In this document: positions 52,851 through 64,000 of the stretch, piece after piece
How positions within the stretch are numbered: position 1 is the stretch's first letter
Layout: each line of letters opens with the position of its first letter
NCBI GenBank assembly: GCA_011109175.1
Contig: RDEW01000057.1
Coordinates: 117,904-181,903, forward strand
Reading direction: 5' to 3'
DNA: 64,000 nucleotides
DNA from: Dicyema japonicum
Taxonomy: Eukaryota; Animalia; Dicyemida
Notes under the pieces: model-generated
Told to the model about the DNA's origin: nothing
The model's input: the letters and a program-made list of their open reading frames with translations, nothing else
Database searches by the model: none
Program-made: the position numbers and the translations under genes

Positions 52851-55129
52851 TCTAGAAAAACTAAAGGGGGCTGAAAAATTAACAGAGTTGCTTGATCTAT
52901 TAAGGCATAGTTAATGTCATCTCTTCAAGGCCCCTATTAATGGACTTGGAAGACATCAGATACGCAAATGTCTCGGTTTGTACTTGGATAAGTCTGCTTG
53001 GGAGGAATAGCTGATTCTTAGGAGAGTTGTTACTTTTCAGTTAGCCACCGGTATCCTCCACTTAAGGGACTGGGGTAAATAAACAGACAATAATAAACAT
53101 TCCCACCCACTGAGCAACAGTATTCATTCTAATGATAAACCTCTCTAGCATCAACAAAACAGGTGTAAGTGGATAGTGTTGTATTCAAAATAACAGCCAA
53201 AGTCCTCGGATTGAACCTCCTATGAATTAAAATTTACAGAACCTTAATCGACATCATCTAATGGTGGAATACTAAATCACAAATTCGAAGTATTTATTCT
53301 TTAAACTGAGGTAACTATGTGCTCAAAAATGCTGTAAAAATAATTTTTTCGATATAGAAATAAGGTTAGGGACAGCGAAGACAGGTCTCAGAGTTAGAAG
53401 GGATCAAAAATATTTTCCATAAATCAAACTCATCTTTATTCTCTTTGTTTAAGGATGAACCCATATAAATTTTATTCGTTTAAGATGGACGAACCTTAAG
53501 CCGTGGTAATTACAGGGTTTTTCAGAATCACCGCTGTACACTTCCTGATTCCTTGACGACCACTTCACTTCATTCTCTTGCTATAATCGGCACTTACGAT
53601 TTGTCATAAGACGTAACAGAGCACGTGCAAAACGGAAAATCAAACTACTAGTTAACTTCTACTTCTGACGCCTCTGCCATGTACCTATGCCTATCATAGT
53701 CTTCCTTATCCTTAAAGCATCCCCCGATTTTCTTAAGGTCTTTCGTTCTTTTCTCAGATGGAAGAACAAAATGTTAGACTCAGAAAAAAATATAACATTT
53801 TCAATAAAGGAAACTGCAATCATCTCACTCTAAGAAATTTAGCAACTCGTCCTTGAGGGGGGCAAGGGAATTATAGATCCCGTTCGCCTGGTTTATTTAA
53901 GTTCAATGAGAGGTTTTATCATTTTAGTTTCCCGAAGTAAAGAAAACCAGCAACTAACAGAAGGGATGAAGAAATTCCAGCAACATAACCACGTGGCATC
54001 AAACCAATATCCAGCCAATAAATACAAAATCCAACACCACCAAAAGATCAACTAATCAACCACGTGTTTACACTCTACTTAGGTAGGAAATATAAAAAGG
54101 AAAAAGAAACTCATTTGATATTATAAGCACAGTGTCTCTCTACCACAAGTCCTTTCCACGAGCTCAATATATCCACCACCCTCTTCCAGATTCTGCAACC
54201 TATAAAAGTCTCCCCCAATTCATAATATCACAAAACCTACACTTACATCACCGTCTACCATTTTCTGCATTCTTCGTATTTTCATGATCCGATTCACGTT
54301 TACCACGTGCTCTGTATGCCTCAAAATATTCATCATCCCTTCAGATCACTAAATGGGATCAATTTCTTTCGGCGGCACTTTTATGGCCACCGTTGACATA
54401 AAGGGAATCCTTTGAAGGGTTTCACAAATATTATTGGTTCCTTAATAAAATCAAAAAAACGATATTGGGTTCCAGCCGAAAAGAGAAAGATCTCGCCTCT
54501 AATCAGACACTTTTTGGAGGACATTCCAAAGTTATACTGAAGTCTAAGCCTAACATAAATAGAGTTTGAAGAATTCATTGGCGAAATTGGAACACATTAG
54601 TCTCACCTTAATAAATTTCATTACTTGTATTCACAGATAACGGGGGATCAAATTTATTATCAGTAAGGGGTAAAGTGATTTCGGACGATCCATTACAATT
54701 TTGTAGGGTTAGGTTTCATTACAAAAGTAATACGCTTTCTGGTTAATGGCGCCCACGGAACATCACGGTATAGGTCCTTCCACAGGTCCACTGCTCCCGA
54801 TGGTGTCATAAATACACTTCCTAACCTACACGGACCCCCACTTCGCATTCATCTCTGACTCCCACTCCCAGCTGTAATTGACGCAAGTTGTCCGAAATAT
54901 TTGCTATGACCGATTGACAAGCAATCTTTAACGCGAAATCAAAATTCCATCACAAATCTGAGGAAAAATCAAAATTGAAAGAAATACCCGGGTTTATTGA
55001 TTTCAGACTCCACAAAATATATCAAAGAACTGGAAAAACCACCACCTCATGGGAAAATTTTTTGTTGGGGAAGTTGGCGTGGAACAACCAATATCTTTCA
55101 ATTGAATTTTAGACTGATCTTTGCAATCT

Positions 55130-55525
55130 TCGTGGGCTTCAGTGACGTTGTAACCTAAGAAGAAAGCGAATTCGTCAGCCTTCTGTATATGTCTCGCGAA
55201 GTATCAGTTCTCACATTCGCAGGGGCAAAAAGACTTCCCGATGTCACTACAAATCCATCCAGAATAAGCGGAAAGGGAAGAAAGCATACATTCCTTACAG
55301 TCGAATGAACCCCTCAAATGTAGTGGGAGAGAACAGATGATCCTTTTTATCTCATCCCGCCACTAAGCGTTCTCATGAGACAGGTGGATCACATGACGTC
55401 ACTCTAGTAGAACAGGAGAGGATAAAGAACAAAGGGAGAGAAAAAAACCTTCGACCAAGAGCCAGTTGGGGGGATCGAAACCTACACCATTGTTATATTA
55501 GGGAATCACAACTACCGAGCTACCA
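55130..55525 (-). repeat. SINE-like family 2 copy with tRNA-like head
   Basis: Head GGTAGCTCGGTAG...GGTTTCGATCC (A/B boxes); body ctactagagtg...aaaaaggatcat shared with the copies at 30170-30370 and 57020-57200. Confidence 0.6.
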
Positions 55526-55661
55526 TCCCAACCAGCAAAGGGAGAAGTGAAATAACGTGTCCTATGGGTTTTCATGGTACCGAATATCTATTCCCTGTAT
55601 TTCACGCAATCGTGAGCTTGTTAATTTTATTAAGAATATTATCTGTTAATAGTAATCCATA

Positions 55662-56864
55662 TTATGGGGTCCAAGTTATCACATTCTTTGCGGTCATTGC
55701 CACTTTGGACACGTGAGTAGTGCCTTCTTCAATAAGAAAAGTTATCTAGGAATAACTCATTGGTTACCTTGTCAAGGTAGCCTAACAGAGTTTTGCGCAC
55801 AGAAGGGACCTCCGCCAAACAAGTGAGACACTACCAGTGAACAAAACCATACTCGCAGAGCATTCGTCTTGACATGGTCCGATTTGTCCTCTAATAGAGG
55901 GAGTAGTTGAATCACAGCGTTATTGTCCACCGCAGCGTACTTTCCCTTAGTAATCACAGAGAGTCTGGTTAATAATACAACTACAGCATGAGTGCTCCGC
56001 ATCCATACGCCCTGACATCCTCGGATGCATCTTTGAGGAGATTTAGCAGCACTGGAATGGATCCTTGGTCGACTGCTTTGGTTTTACCTTCGGGGGACAC
56101 TCTTACAGAAAAAAATAGTAAAACGCCAGATCCATGAGATTCCTCGCCGCCCTGTACCGAATCCCTGCAAACTGGACATCCAAGAGAACAAGGAAGACTT
56201 TGATAGCATTCTGCTCGATAGCGATGGAGGTGTCAATGCAGAGACAGTTGTGGAGAGTGTCCAACACAATGACCTTGCAGTTGACTCAGTGAGTACCTTT
56301 ATTTCGTCAATCTCCTCTTCTGCTTGTCTCACAAACTTGACAACCATTCCAAAATGAATGAGTCTTTCGGCACCTTCCATTAAGGGATCATCTACCTTCT
56401 GATATTTTGGAAATCCTTTCGAATGTTCCATGTGCCAGCTTTCTAATATTTTTGAACTCATTTTTGTCCACCAATTTAGCGATAAGGGGGATCACATTGT
56501 AGGAAATTATGAATTCTCTCCCACATGCGTGTCCTCGAACTATGAATTTGGGGTACCTGATATTGTGAAGAGACATTTAATCGATATCCAGCGGACTACA
56601 TCGTCACTGTTTGAGAGGAAACGTGCCAATTTGTGCCCAAGGTCCCCCTTCACTGATATGTAGGCGTTTTCTGGATCATGGACAAAGTCGGAGAGAGAAC
56701 GGAGAGCTCTATGAAGAGTCATAATGTTGTCGGAGTCTAATTTGATATTCTGAATGGTTAAGAATGCTAACAATTTGATGAAAAGCATCCCGCCCATACG
56801 CCAAAGGACTTCTCGTTGGATCAATCAAAGGGGGATATTTTGCAGATATTGCATTTGATTTCAT
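55662..56864 (-). CDS. RSPH14: Radial spoke head protein 14 (RTDR1), ARM repeats
   Basis: AYGRDAF, ALRSLSDFVHDPE, GHACGREFI, VSPEGKTKAV, SVITKGKYAA, NALRCLTCLAE, VITWTP* match recalled RSPH14. Eight introns of 20-23 nt give an uninterrupted ORF. Confidence 0.9.
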
Positions 56865-57019
56865 TGCTAGGATTTAATATTTAATTAATTTTATTATTTT
56901 TAATATTTTTTATTAATTAACAAAGGCATGTTTAATCTTGCTACAATTTCTCCCGACTTGTTCATAATGGTGTTCCTCATAGTACTTCGCCCCGTGGCCC
57001 ATGTGGTGCTACATGGCTA

Positions 57020-57210
57020 ATTGGGTGAAGTTTTCTGATTGTTTTGTTTGCTCCTCCCCCTTCCCTTCCTATTAGAGTGGCATCCAGTGCCAGGCCGGCA
57101 CAAAAAAGGATCATTTGCTATCCCCCACTCCACTGTAGGGCTTTCCACAGTTGCAAGTAATGAACGTCTTTTTCCTTTTATGCTGATTCCGAATGGACTC
57201 TGTTTCTGTA
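57020..57210 (+). repeat. SINE-like family 2 copy
   Basis: High identity to the reverse complement of 30170-30370. Confidence 0.65.
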
Positions 57211-57289
57211 GAAGTGGAAATTAGATACACTTAATCAGTTGTTTACTTTAACTTCTTTCTCGGTGTAATAATTAATTAATTAAATATTG

Positions 57290-58800
57290 TATTCCTCAAA
57301 GATCCCCTATGTCTCCCTTGTTATTCAACCTATTCATGGCCGATCTCCTTACGAAGGAAGTCGAAAATGATATTCTTCTCACTTATGCCGATGACATCGT
57401 TATTGTTTCCCGGGATTATGACATCCAGACTGCTACTTCAAGATTGCTTTGATGATTGACGAGATTGATTTGCAAAGCCGATCTCCCTTCTTCCGAGAAC
57501 AAACAAATAGAAAAACATCATCCACTGTCGATCTTCAGATGACACGAGGGCGTATTAGTGAAATGAGCCAAGCAGAAAGCGACCTGAATTCGTACTCAGA
57601 ATGTTTCTTGAATTCCACAACTAGATATAGCGAGCAGATGGCTGATCTCCCAAGATACTGATCCAATTTACGAGAGCCAACTTTTCCCGAATACTTAGTG
57701 TTTCGCAGAGACCGAAGACTCGGAAGAGGTAGAGGCTTACTTAAAATCGTCAGGAGTTATATCTAGGTCGAGGATTTATCGAATAAAATATCAACTCATT
57801 TCCTCCCCGAGAATCCTCTTGAACAGTTTACCACTAAGATAATCCTTTCCGCCTTCCGAATGAAGATAGTTACTTTCCTTAATCTTATTTCCTCGTGCTA
57901 TCGAACCGAACTGGGTCATTTACCGAATGCGAAAAGCCCCTCTGGTATACAAACCAACAACTGGATAGAAGAGACTTACTCATATAAGATAACATAGAGG
58001 ACTTACTAATCCTTAATGACCAGAACAAACACATGATGACGACAACACGAAGGCGACTCCCCAACCTGCTACCCGTCTTCATTGAGGGTTGTTTCTACTC
58101 TCTCCGGATGGAGAACTTACTCTCAAATTACGTGGACGTTGGATTTATCAACAAAGTTATTCTGTAGGCGTAAAAAAAGATTCATTCCTATGTGCTGAAT
58201 CATCTTCGATGAGATTCGACACTAAAACAAAAGCCCTTATTAAAAAGATCAACAGACTAAAAGAGATGAGTGAGAAATTAACCGAAATTTCCCGCGTTTC
58301 TAAAAATTTCAAAATTGAACTAAGAAATATCAAGAACTGGAAAGCTGTTTTGAATAGTGTTAAGAAAAACACATCGACCACGTCACCGTGGATAACTCTA
58401 AAAGGCTTAAAAAAATTCCTACTTGAACTACCAGGGATAAACCCTGACATACTTTATTTATTTACCACCGGTCATTTCAAGTGAAAGAAACCGGTGGCTA
58501 ACAAAAACGTTGCAGCTAAGAGCGAACAATCCCAGAAATCCGACAGGTATATTTGGTTCTGTAGAGAACTAGTAGGTGGACCCTGATAAGAGGTCTTCTG
58601 GTCATCAAGAAAACACGGTGGGCATAGTGGGGAGAACAATTATACAATCCTGTACAGGTATGAATGTATCCCCGATGTACTTGTAAAAAGATATGACAGC
58701 ATAAGCCACAAACCCTACTCTATCTTTGAATCCAAAACACATGAGAATGAAGAAATGGTCCACCATGCATTTCTTCATGCCAGAGGATTCCAACACGGAT
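57290..58800 (+). mobile_element. Mosaic of LINE fragments (RT then APE pieces)
   Basis: SPMSPLLFNLFMADL..LTYADDIV; YLVFRRDR..GRG; FQHGFR. Confidence 0.65.
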
Positions 58801-59591
58801 TCAGGGGTGAAGAAGCTGGTTCATTTTATCTGAACGATCAAAGGTACTTTCTCAGTTTAGAGATTTTCCCTCTCCTTTTCAAGGATCAACCATATTAACT
58901 CAATTGAGGAAAACCTGCGTCTTCATTTGTATGAAAGCGAATCCACTCCTTTCAGAGCAATAGCCGGGATTTCCCGCGTTTCTAAAAGAAGCAAAAGACC
59001 CATATTTGGAAGGGTTGCATATGAAGAGGAATCTCGATTGAGTTCCGCGAAAGATTGTGAGATCACTGAGTGAGAATGAGAGTCCGTTTTCTTAAATATA
59101 TACTGAGAATTTACACTAAACGCCACCAAATGTAATATTTCCCGGAATCTAAGTCTAACGCTTCCAAATTCCTTGATTCGTCCTGTAAAGGAAACAGCAA
59201 GAAACAGAGACGACATTGGTAAGAATTAGAACCATCAAACCACAGAACGTATATACCTTGTCGATAATAATGCTTTTTTCGAATTCCTTAAAGCACTAAA
59301 TTTGGGGAACTAAAGCTCCTCTCCTCGTTATTAAATATATTAGACGTACAATCAATTCTATCCATCCTCCCTGAAGAATATCTTTATATGAAATCCTTCT
59401 GCTATCAAGGACATCACTTAGAAATAAAGATAGCAAATTCCTGCGATTTTGAAAAAACGATGAATACCATCGGCTAGTTCTCAAAAGGGATACCCAATTA
59501 ATCCCTCTTATGTGGGAATACACAGAGCATGGAGTAATCATATTAATAGCCAAGAAGACATAAAAACAGACAAGATATACAACAAAAATCA

Positions 59592-62500
59592 TTAAAAGGC
59601 AAACTTAGTGCGTATATCCTCTAACTTTTTGGCAACCTACCATATTAAACCCACATAACCTCAGCACATGTCTTATTCAACTCAATCGCTATATACTTTT
59701 GGCGGCATAATCCAATGAATTATACATCTCACATAAAGTCCCATCAACAACGTGCTAAAGTAAACGCAATATTAACCAAAACAGGAAAATAGGACGAACG
59801 ATAAGCAAGATTACTTCTCCCAACGATAGAAGGCGATTCATTCCTCATATACATCTCCAAATGCTGAAAAAAGTCATGCTCCTACAGAATTAGGCCCCAC
59901 ACATACATCGTGAGTACTAAACGGAGCCAAAATCCCAATCGAGCCAGAGATAGTCGTGTAAACCAAAGTCTCCGATCCCCCAGGTGTGAAGGTCGCCTTC
60001 TGAATGGAGGTAACAATTTGTCCCAGATGATAGTTATTAAGCAAATCAGCCTTCTGAAAGGCTCCATTCATGAGAGATCTGTCCCAGAGTGCCCGATTGC
60101 CAGTTGGGTCTTCGTCGATATCATCATTGACATCATCAGGAAGTCGACTCTATGAGTAAATAAGAGGAATTACAGCGAATATATTGCCAAACTTGTCCCC
60201 ACCAACAATAGTATCATAATCAACCATAATAGAAGACGTTATCCAACGGGGGTAAAAGTCATCAGCAAATATCACCAACTGGTTCTCGAATCTTCTATAT
60301 CTAATAAAGTGGAAGCTCTCCTGAACATCGATAGCAATAATCCTATTCCCATTGTGTGTAAGGCTGTTATAAAGTGGGGGACTTTCTTATTCTCACATTT
60401 TCTCAGCATCTTCTTCTTACCAAACTCATATAGTCGTAACAACTTTCCAACAGAGACTAAAAGACGACCCATGAAGGGAGTAAGGGCACCAGGAACATCC
60501 TCAACTGGGGTTCTGTGCAGTAACTCCATACTTTGACCATCATCACTTATCTTGTAACAGTATAACTCTCCCCAGAACATATCTTTGGGTTTAATACAAG
60601 TTTATTGGCAGTCCCAACAAACAAATACAAATGTGGGGTCTTTGTGGGGAATCGAGCCAATGTAATACTTCATTAAAACCACATTATACCTCACAGCAGC
60701 CACATTCTGAGGAAGTTCATCTTTCTGCAGGGTCTGTCCAGTCCCAGGGAGACTAAGCCTCACCACAGAAGCCCACATACCTATCCCAGCCTTAGGGACT
60801 CCAAACACTTCAGGAATTGACGTCTACTAATAAGATCATTAATAACCGCTAGTGTCTCCTTTGTAAAGCAATTGTTGTCCGTCTCTATGCTCATAAACAC
60901 TCCACATTCCGGGTTCACTACCATTCGTCGGGGTGTAAACGTTAATGGAACTGTCGTCTGGTTAAATATGACCCCCAATTTGTCCAATGATATTATTCTA
61001 AATTCATGCAAAGTGACACCTTAGTGTATTCTCAGAAATAGACACAATTCCCTCAGGACACTGATCAGAGGAAAAACTGTGAGCATATTCTAACGGCACG
61101 TAAGAAATGGGGGTTAAATACGATCTGTTTTGGTGATGGTAACTCAACCAACATCGACTGGAGGCAGCCATTATCTGAATATATCCAACAAACAAACCCC
61201 TTCGAAGCCTTGTACTGAAACTCGGAACAATTTGACCGGTCTCCCTCCCAAATAGCGGGTCCTCGTGTCGGAGAGGTCTCCAGTAACTGGATCAAGCACA
61301 GCCTTAAGTAGCACTCCATTCTGAAGACCAGTGTTGAGGTACAAAGTGTCTTCAGAGGACATTGATGCAATACACAACGATTCAGGTAAAGCTGGGAGTG
61401 ACTGAAGAGACAAGTCACAAAGACCATCCTAAAGTAACAAACCAATCCAACATTATGAACATCCAAAGAGAGAATCCTAACAGTGCTATCACCCAATCCC
61501 ACAGCCACAAAGCGAGTCCTCTGTTGTCCAGGGGTGACTGTCCCAATAGCCAAACAAATGATATCACTACTCATCTCCTTTCGTTTAGTAAACTCATTGA
61601 GTTGACCAGTCTACACTAAATTACACAGCAGACTGAGTCTAATTCAAAGTACACAATTTGTCCCCCAGTCATCCCAATCACTACTTGACTCATGTTTAAT
61701 GCACAACTAACGATTTGTCGTTTACTCGGCACTTTCCACTCATTCACTCGCTTATCTCCTTTTATGTGACGGATTCCGTTCATGTGAACCTACAATTATC
61801 TATATTATACCTGTACAAGAGTATCAATTCCCATCTGCCCACAATTTATGGTGGTGGCTGTCCCCAGGAAACCAGAATCCGTGACCTCTTCAACAATTTC
61901 ACCGATTGAGAGGACCAGAGTAGCATTTGGGAAGGAGACGACTATAAAACTGTCAAATTTTTCTTGAATTGTAAAATAGAGGACAACCACTCACAGAATT
62001 CTTTACTGTCCACACTGCCTTTGGATTCCCTGGGAGTTCGGAGATTGCCATTTCAGACACTTCCAGTCCGTGACGGAGAATCCTCAACCCAGATCGAGGA
62101 CCAACTCCACAAAACGCATAAACCTGGGGAGTGTCCTCATTAGTAAAATCCCCAACCTCCAATAAAACTACTAACATACATGTGCGTTAAGAATTGGGGC
62201 CAAACTCTCCATTTCGTCTACCAAAACCAAATTCTTTAATGGTCTGGGGGTAAAGTCAAAGTCATCCTCATATTCACTACTAAACTCAGGGGAGTCATCA
62301 TCCTCTCCCAAATGCACAATCTGGTACAAATGACTACCAATAACACCAAACTTACTGATTTCCAAACTCAGCAGCAACAAACAAGAACCCACTTTTGAGG
62401 ACACACAACGACTGAGCGAGTGGGACACTATCAAAGTACTTTATCCTTATCTCGGTGACCTATAGTAACCCCTATCCCTTACAATGTCACTGTCCCTCAC

Positions 62501-63533
62501 AATCGTAACCTTAAACACATCCCCCTGTTCATTCTGCAGCAGATAAAAGAACATTGACTTGGTCTTGTGGAGAGTCCCACAAACAATTATCATATTTCGT
62601 TCATAACTCTCATAATCCTCCAATTATAAAAGAAATCAACTCGTCTTCTTGGAATGGGACATCGAATATCTGGTTGATCCCCAAAGTTTCTGTAAATCAC
62701 AAAGTTCTCTGCGCAAATCAGCAATCCTCCGGGACCGTCATTGTCAGAAGGAACTACTAATTGGAACCACTACCAGAGAAGATCATGTTGGCATACTCCT
62801 CCATAGGTTCGGAAGAACGTCTAACCACGTGGTTTAGTCCCAAATCAAGTTCATAGTATGTAAGATGCTGTCTGGTTTCCATAGCTGCCTCTCCACTGGG
62901 ATCATGGTCGGCATCCTCGTAGTCAATCTCCAAGCAGGCAAAGACAGGGTTTTCGAACCCAACATCCAAGGCTGTGATCCCAAAGTTGACAGTATTAGAC
63001 TTGTGAGCCTCCAGTGGTGAGGATATAGTCAGGTTGGCGTTCGTGTCTCTGTTAAAGACGTAAACAAGCTTCTGCTTCTCCACTGCCGCGATCATCACTG
63101 CTCTCCCTTTAGGGTCAACTGTGAGGAACTCTCCGGGCACAATTCTACGACATCCCGACCTTCCCACAGTCTCCATATGAACCTAAAATGCAGATGTTCA
63201 TTTACTTTCTCAAAACAATTTTTATGTTGATTGTACTCCAAGACTGCAATTTTCCCAGAGTCAGATCCCACAATTATGAGATCCTTGGTTGATCCTGTGA
63301 GTTTGAAGGGAAGAATGTCCCGGATTACTGCAAATGCCTCGGTTCTCAATAGGGAAGTGATTTTACCAGTGGAAACGTCTATTGAAAGCAATTCGAGGGC
63401 ATCTCCACTATTTTGTTACTCTTGGAAGATACCGTGAAACGACAATCTCCTGTTGTTTGCCGCCACTAAAATTCCCATGAATTGCCTTCTCAATACACGT
63501 TGATGGTTGGAGATTCAAATTATAGAAATACAT
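59592..63533 (-). CDS. SF3B3: Splicing factor 3B subunit 3 (SAP130/Rse1), 19 micro-introns, about 1169 aa
   Basis: [95 protein letters not shown]. All 19 GT-AG introns traced (435 nt in total); three 1-nt deletions in homopolymers. Confidence 0.97.
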
Positions 63534-63699
63534 ATTGGACACACGAGGACTTAATATTAATTTAAATAATTACTTCGTAAATTTAATATTAATTTAATTA
63601 TAATATGACAAATTAATTGTTCCGTGTTTATTTATCACCTATAGAAGAGTTGTTTCAATTTCATAATGTGATGACAGTCGGCCTTTTATATGTTTGTGA

Positions 63700-64000
63700 G
63701 GTCGGGGCAATTGACTAACAAAAGCTTGCAAATTTGACGCGCTCTTTTGAAGGCAACTGCAAACCGTTATTGGAGAGCAGTGGCTTAGAAAGACTTCAAT
63801 TCGGGATGTTCTACTTTTCGACAATTCCGGCCAACTATGCACGTAAACTTACTTTATGTTAACCATTACTGGAAAATATCGCAAAGTCAAGAATGACCCT
63901 ACAACTGTTTTCAACAATAACATATCAAGATTAAAATGAAATTGTTAACTCAGGGTAATCTCTAAGCTGGAGAAAGTTTGTCGATCGGGTCTCCGACAAA
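63700..64000 (+). mobile_element. Possible Penelope-like element remnant
   Basis: GKYRKVKNDPTTVFNNNI resembles the PLE YxKLxxDPT segment; truncated by the window end. Confidence 0.35.

Noticed and set aside
59296-59592. 98-aa ORF overlapping the SF3B3 stop (TAATG)
   Set aside because: Low-complexity 3' UTR or intergenic sequence with no recognisable motif; no support for coupled translation.
9937-63533. Alternative genetic code (stop reassignment) as the cause of ORF fragmentation
   Set aside because: In-frame stops fall inside GT-AG micro-introns, and the traced genes end normally in TAA or TAG.
1-64000. CRISPR arrays, rRNA genes, prokaryotic operons or defence systems
   Set aside because: No regularly spaced repeats or rRNA-like sequence; the DNA is intron-containing and eukaryotic.

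Overview
AT-rich eukaryotic (metazoan-type) nuclear DNA with one 659-N scaffold gap. About eight compact host genes sit in a dense field of decayed and nested transposons. The host genes are UTP20, SF3B3, RSPH14, a truncated CXXC1/CFP1, a JTB-like protein, a bHLH-ZIP factor, an acidic protein with two RanBD/PH-like domains, and a LAMP-like membrane protein. The transposons include hAT, pogo/Tigger, a Ginger-like integrase, RTE, Jockey/CR1-like, R2/NeSL-like and CRE non-LTR elements, and two SINE-like families. The ORF track is fragmented because the genes are split by GT-AG micro-introns of 20-28 nt; I traced 19 in SF3B3 and 8 in RSPH14 by hand. Micro-introns, the standard code, ciliary and metazoan genes and metazoan TEs best fit a dicyemid mesozoan such as Dicyema (inference). 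The most unusual signals are: (1) strong, frame-independent enrichment of the palindrome CACGTG inside host genes; (2) a transposon integrase carrying host-sized micro-introns; (3) avoidance of stopless 3n introns; (4) a CFP1 lacking its PHD and CXXC domains. Several single-base deletions in conserved genes are most likely assembly errors. All homology calls come from recalled protein motifs; no database search was run.
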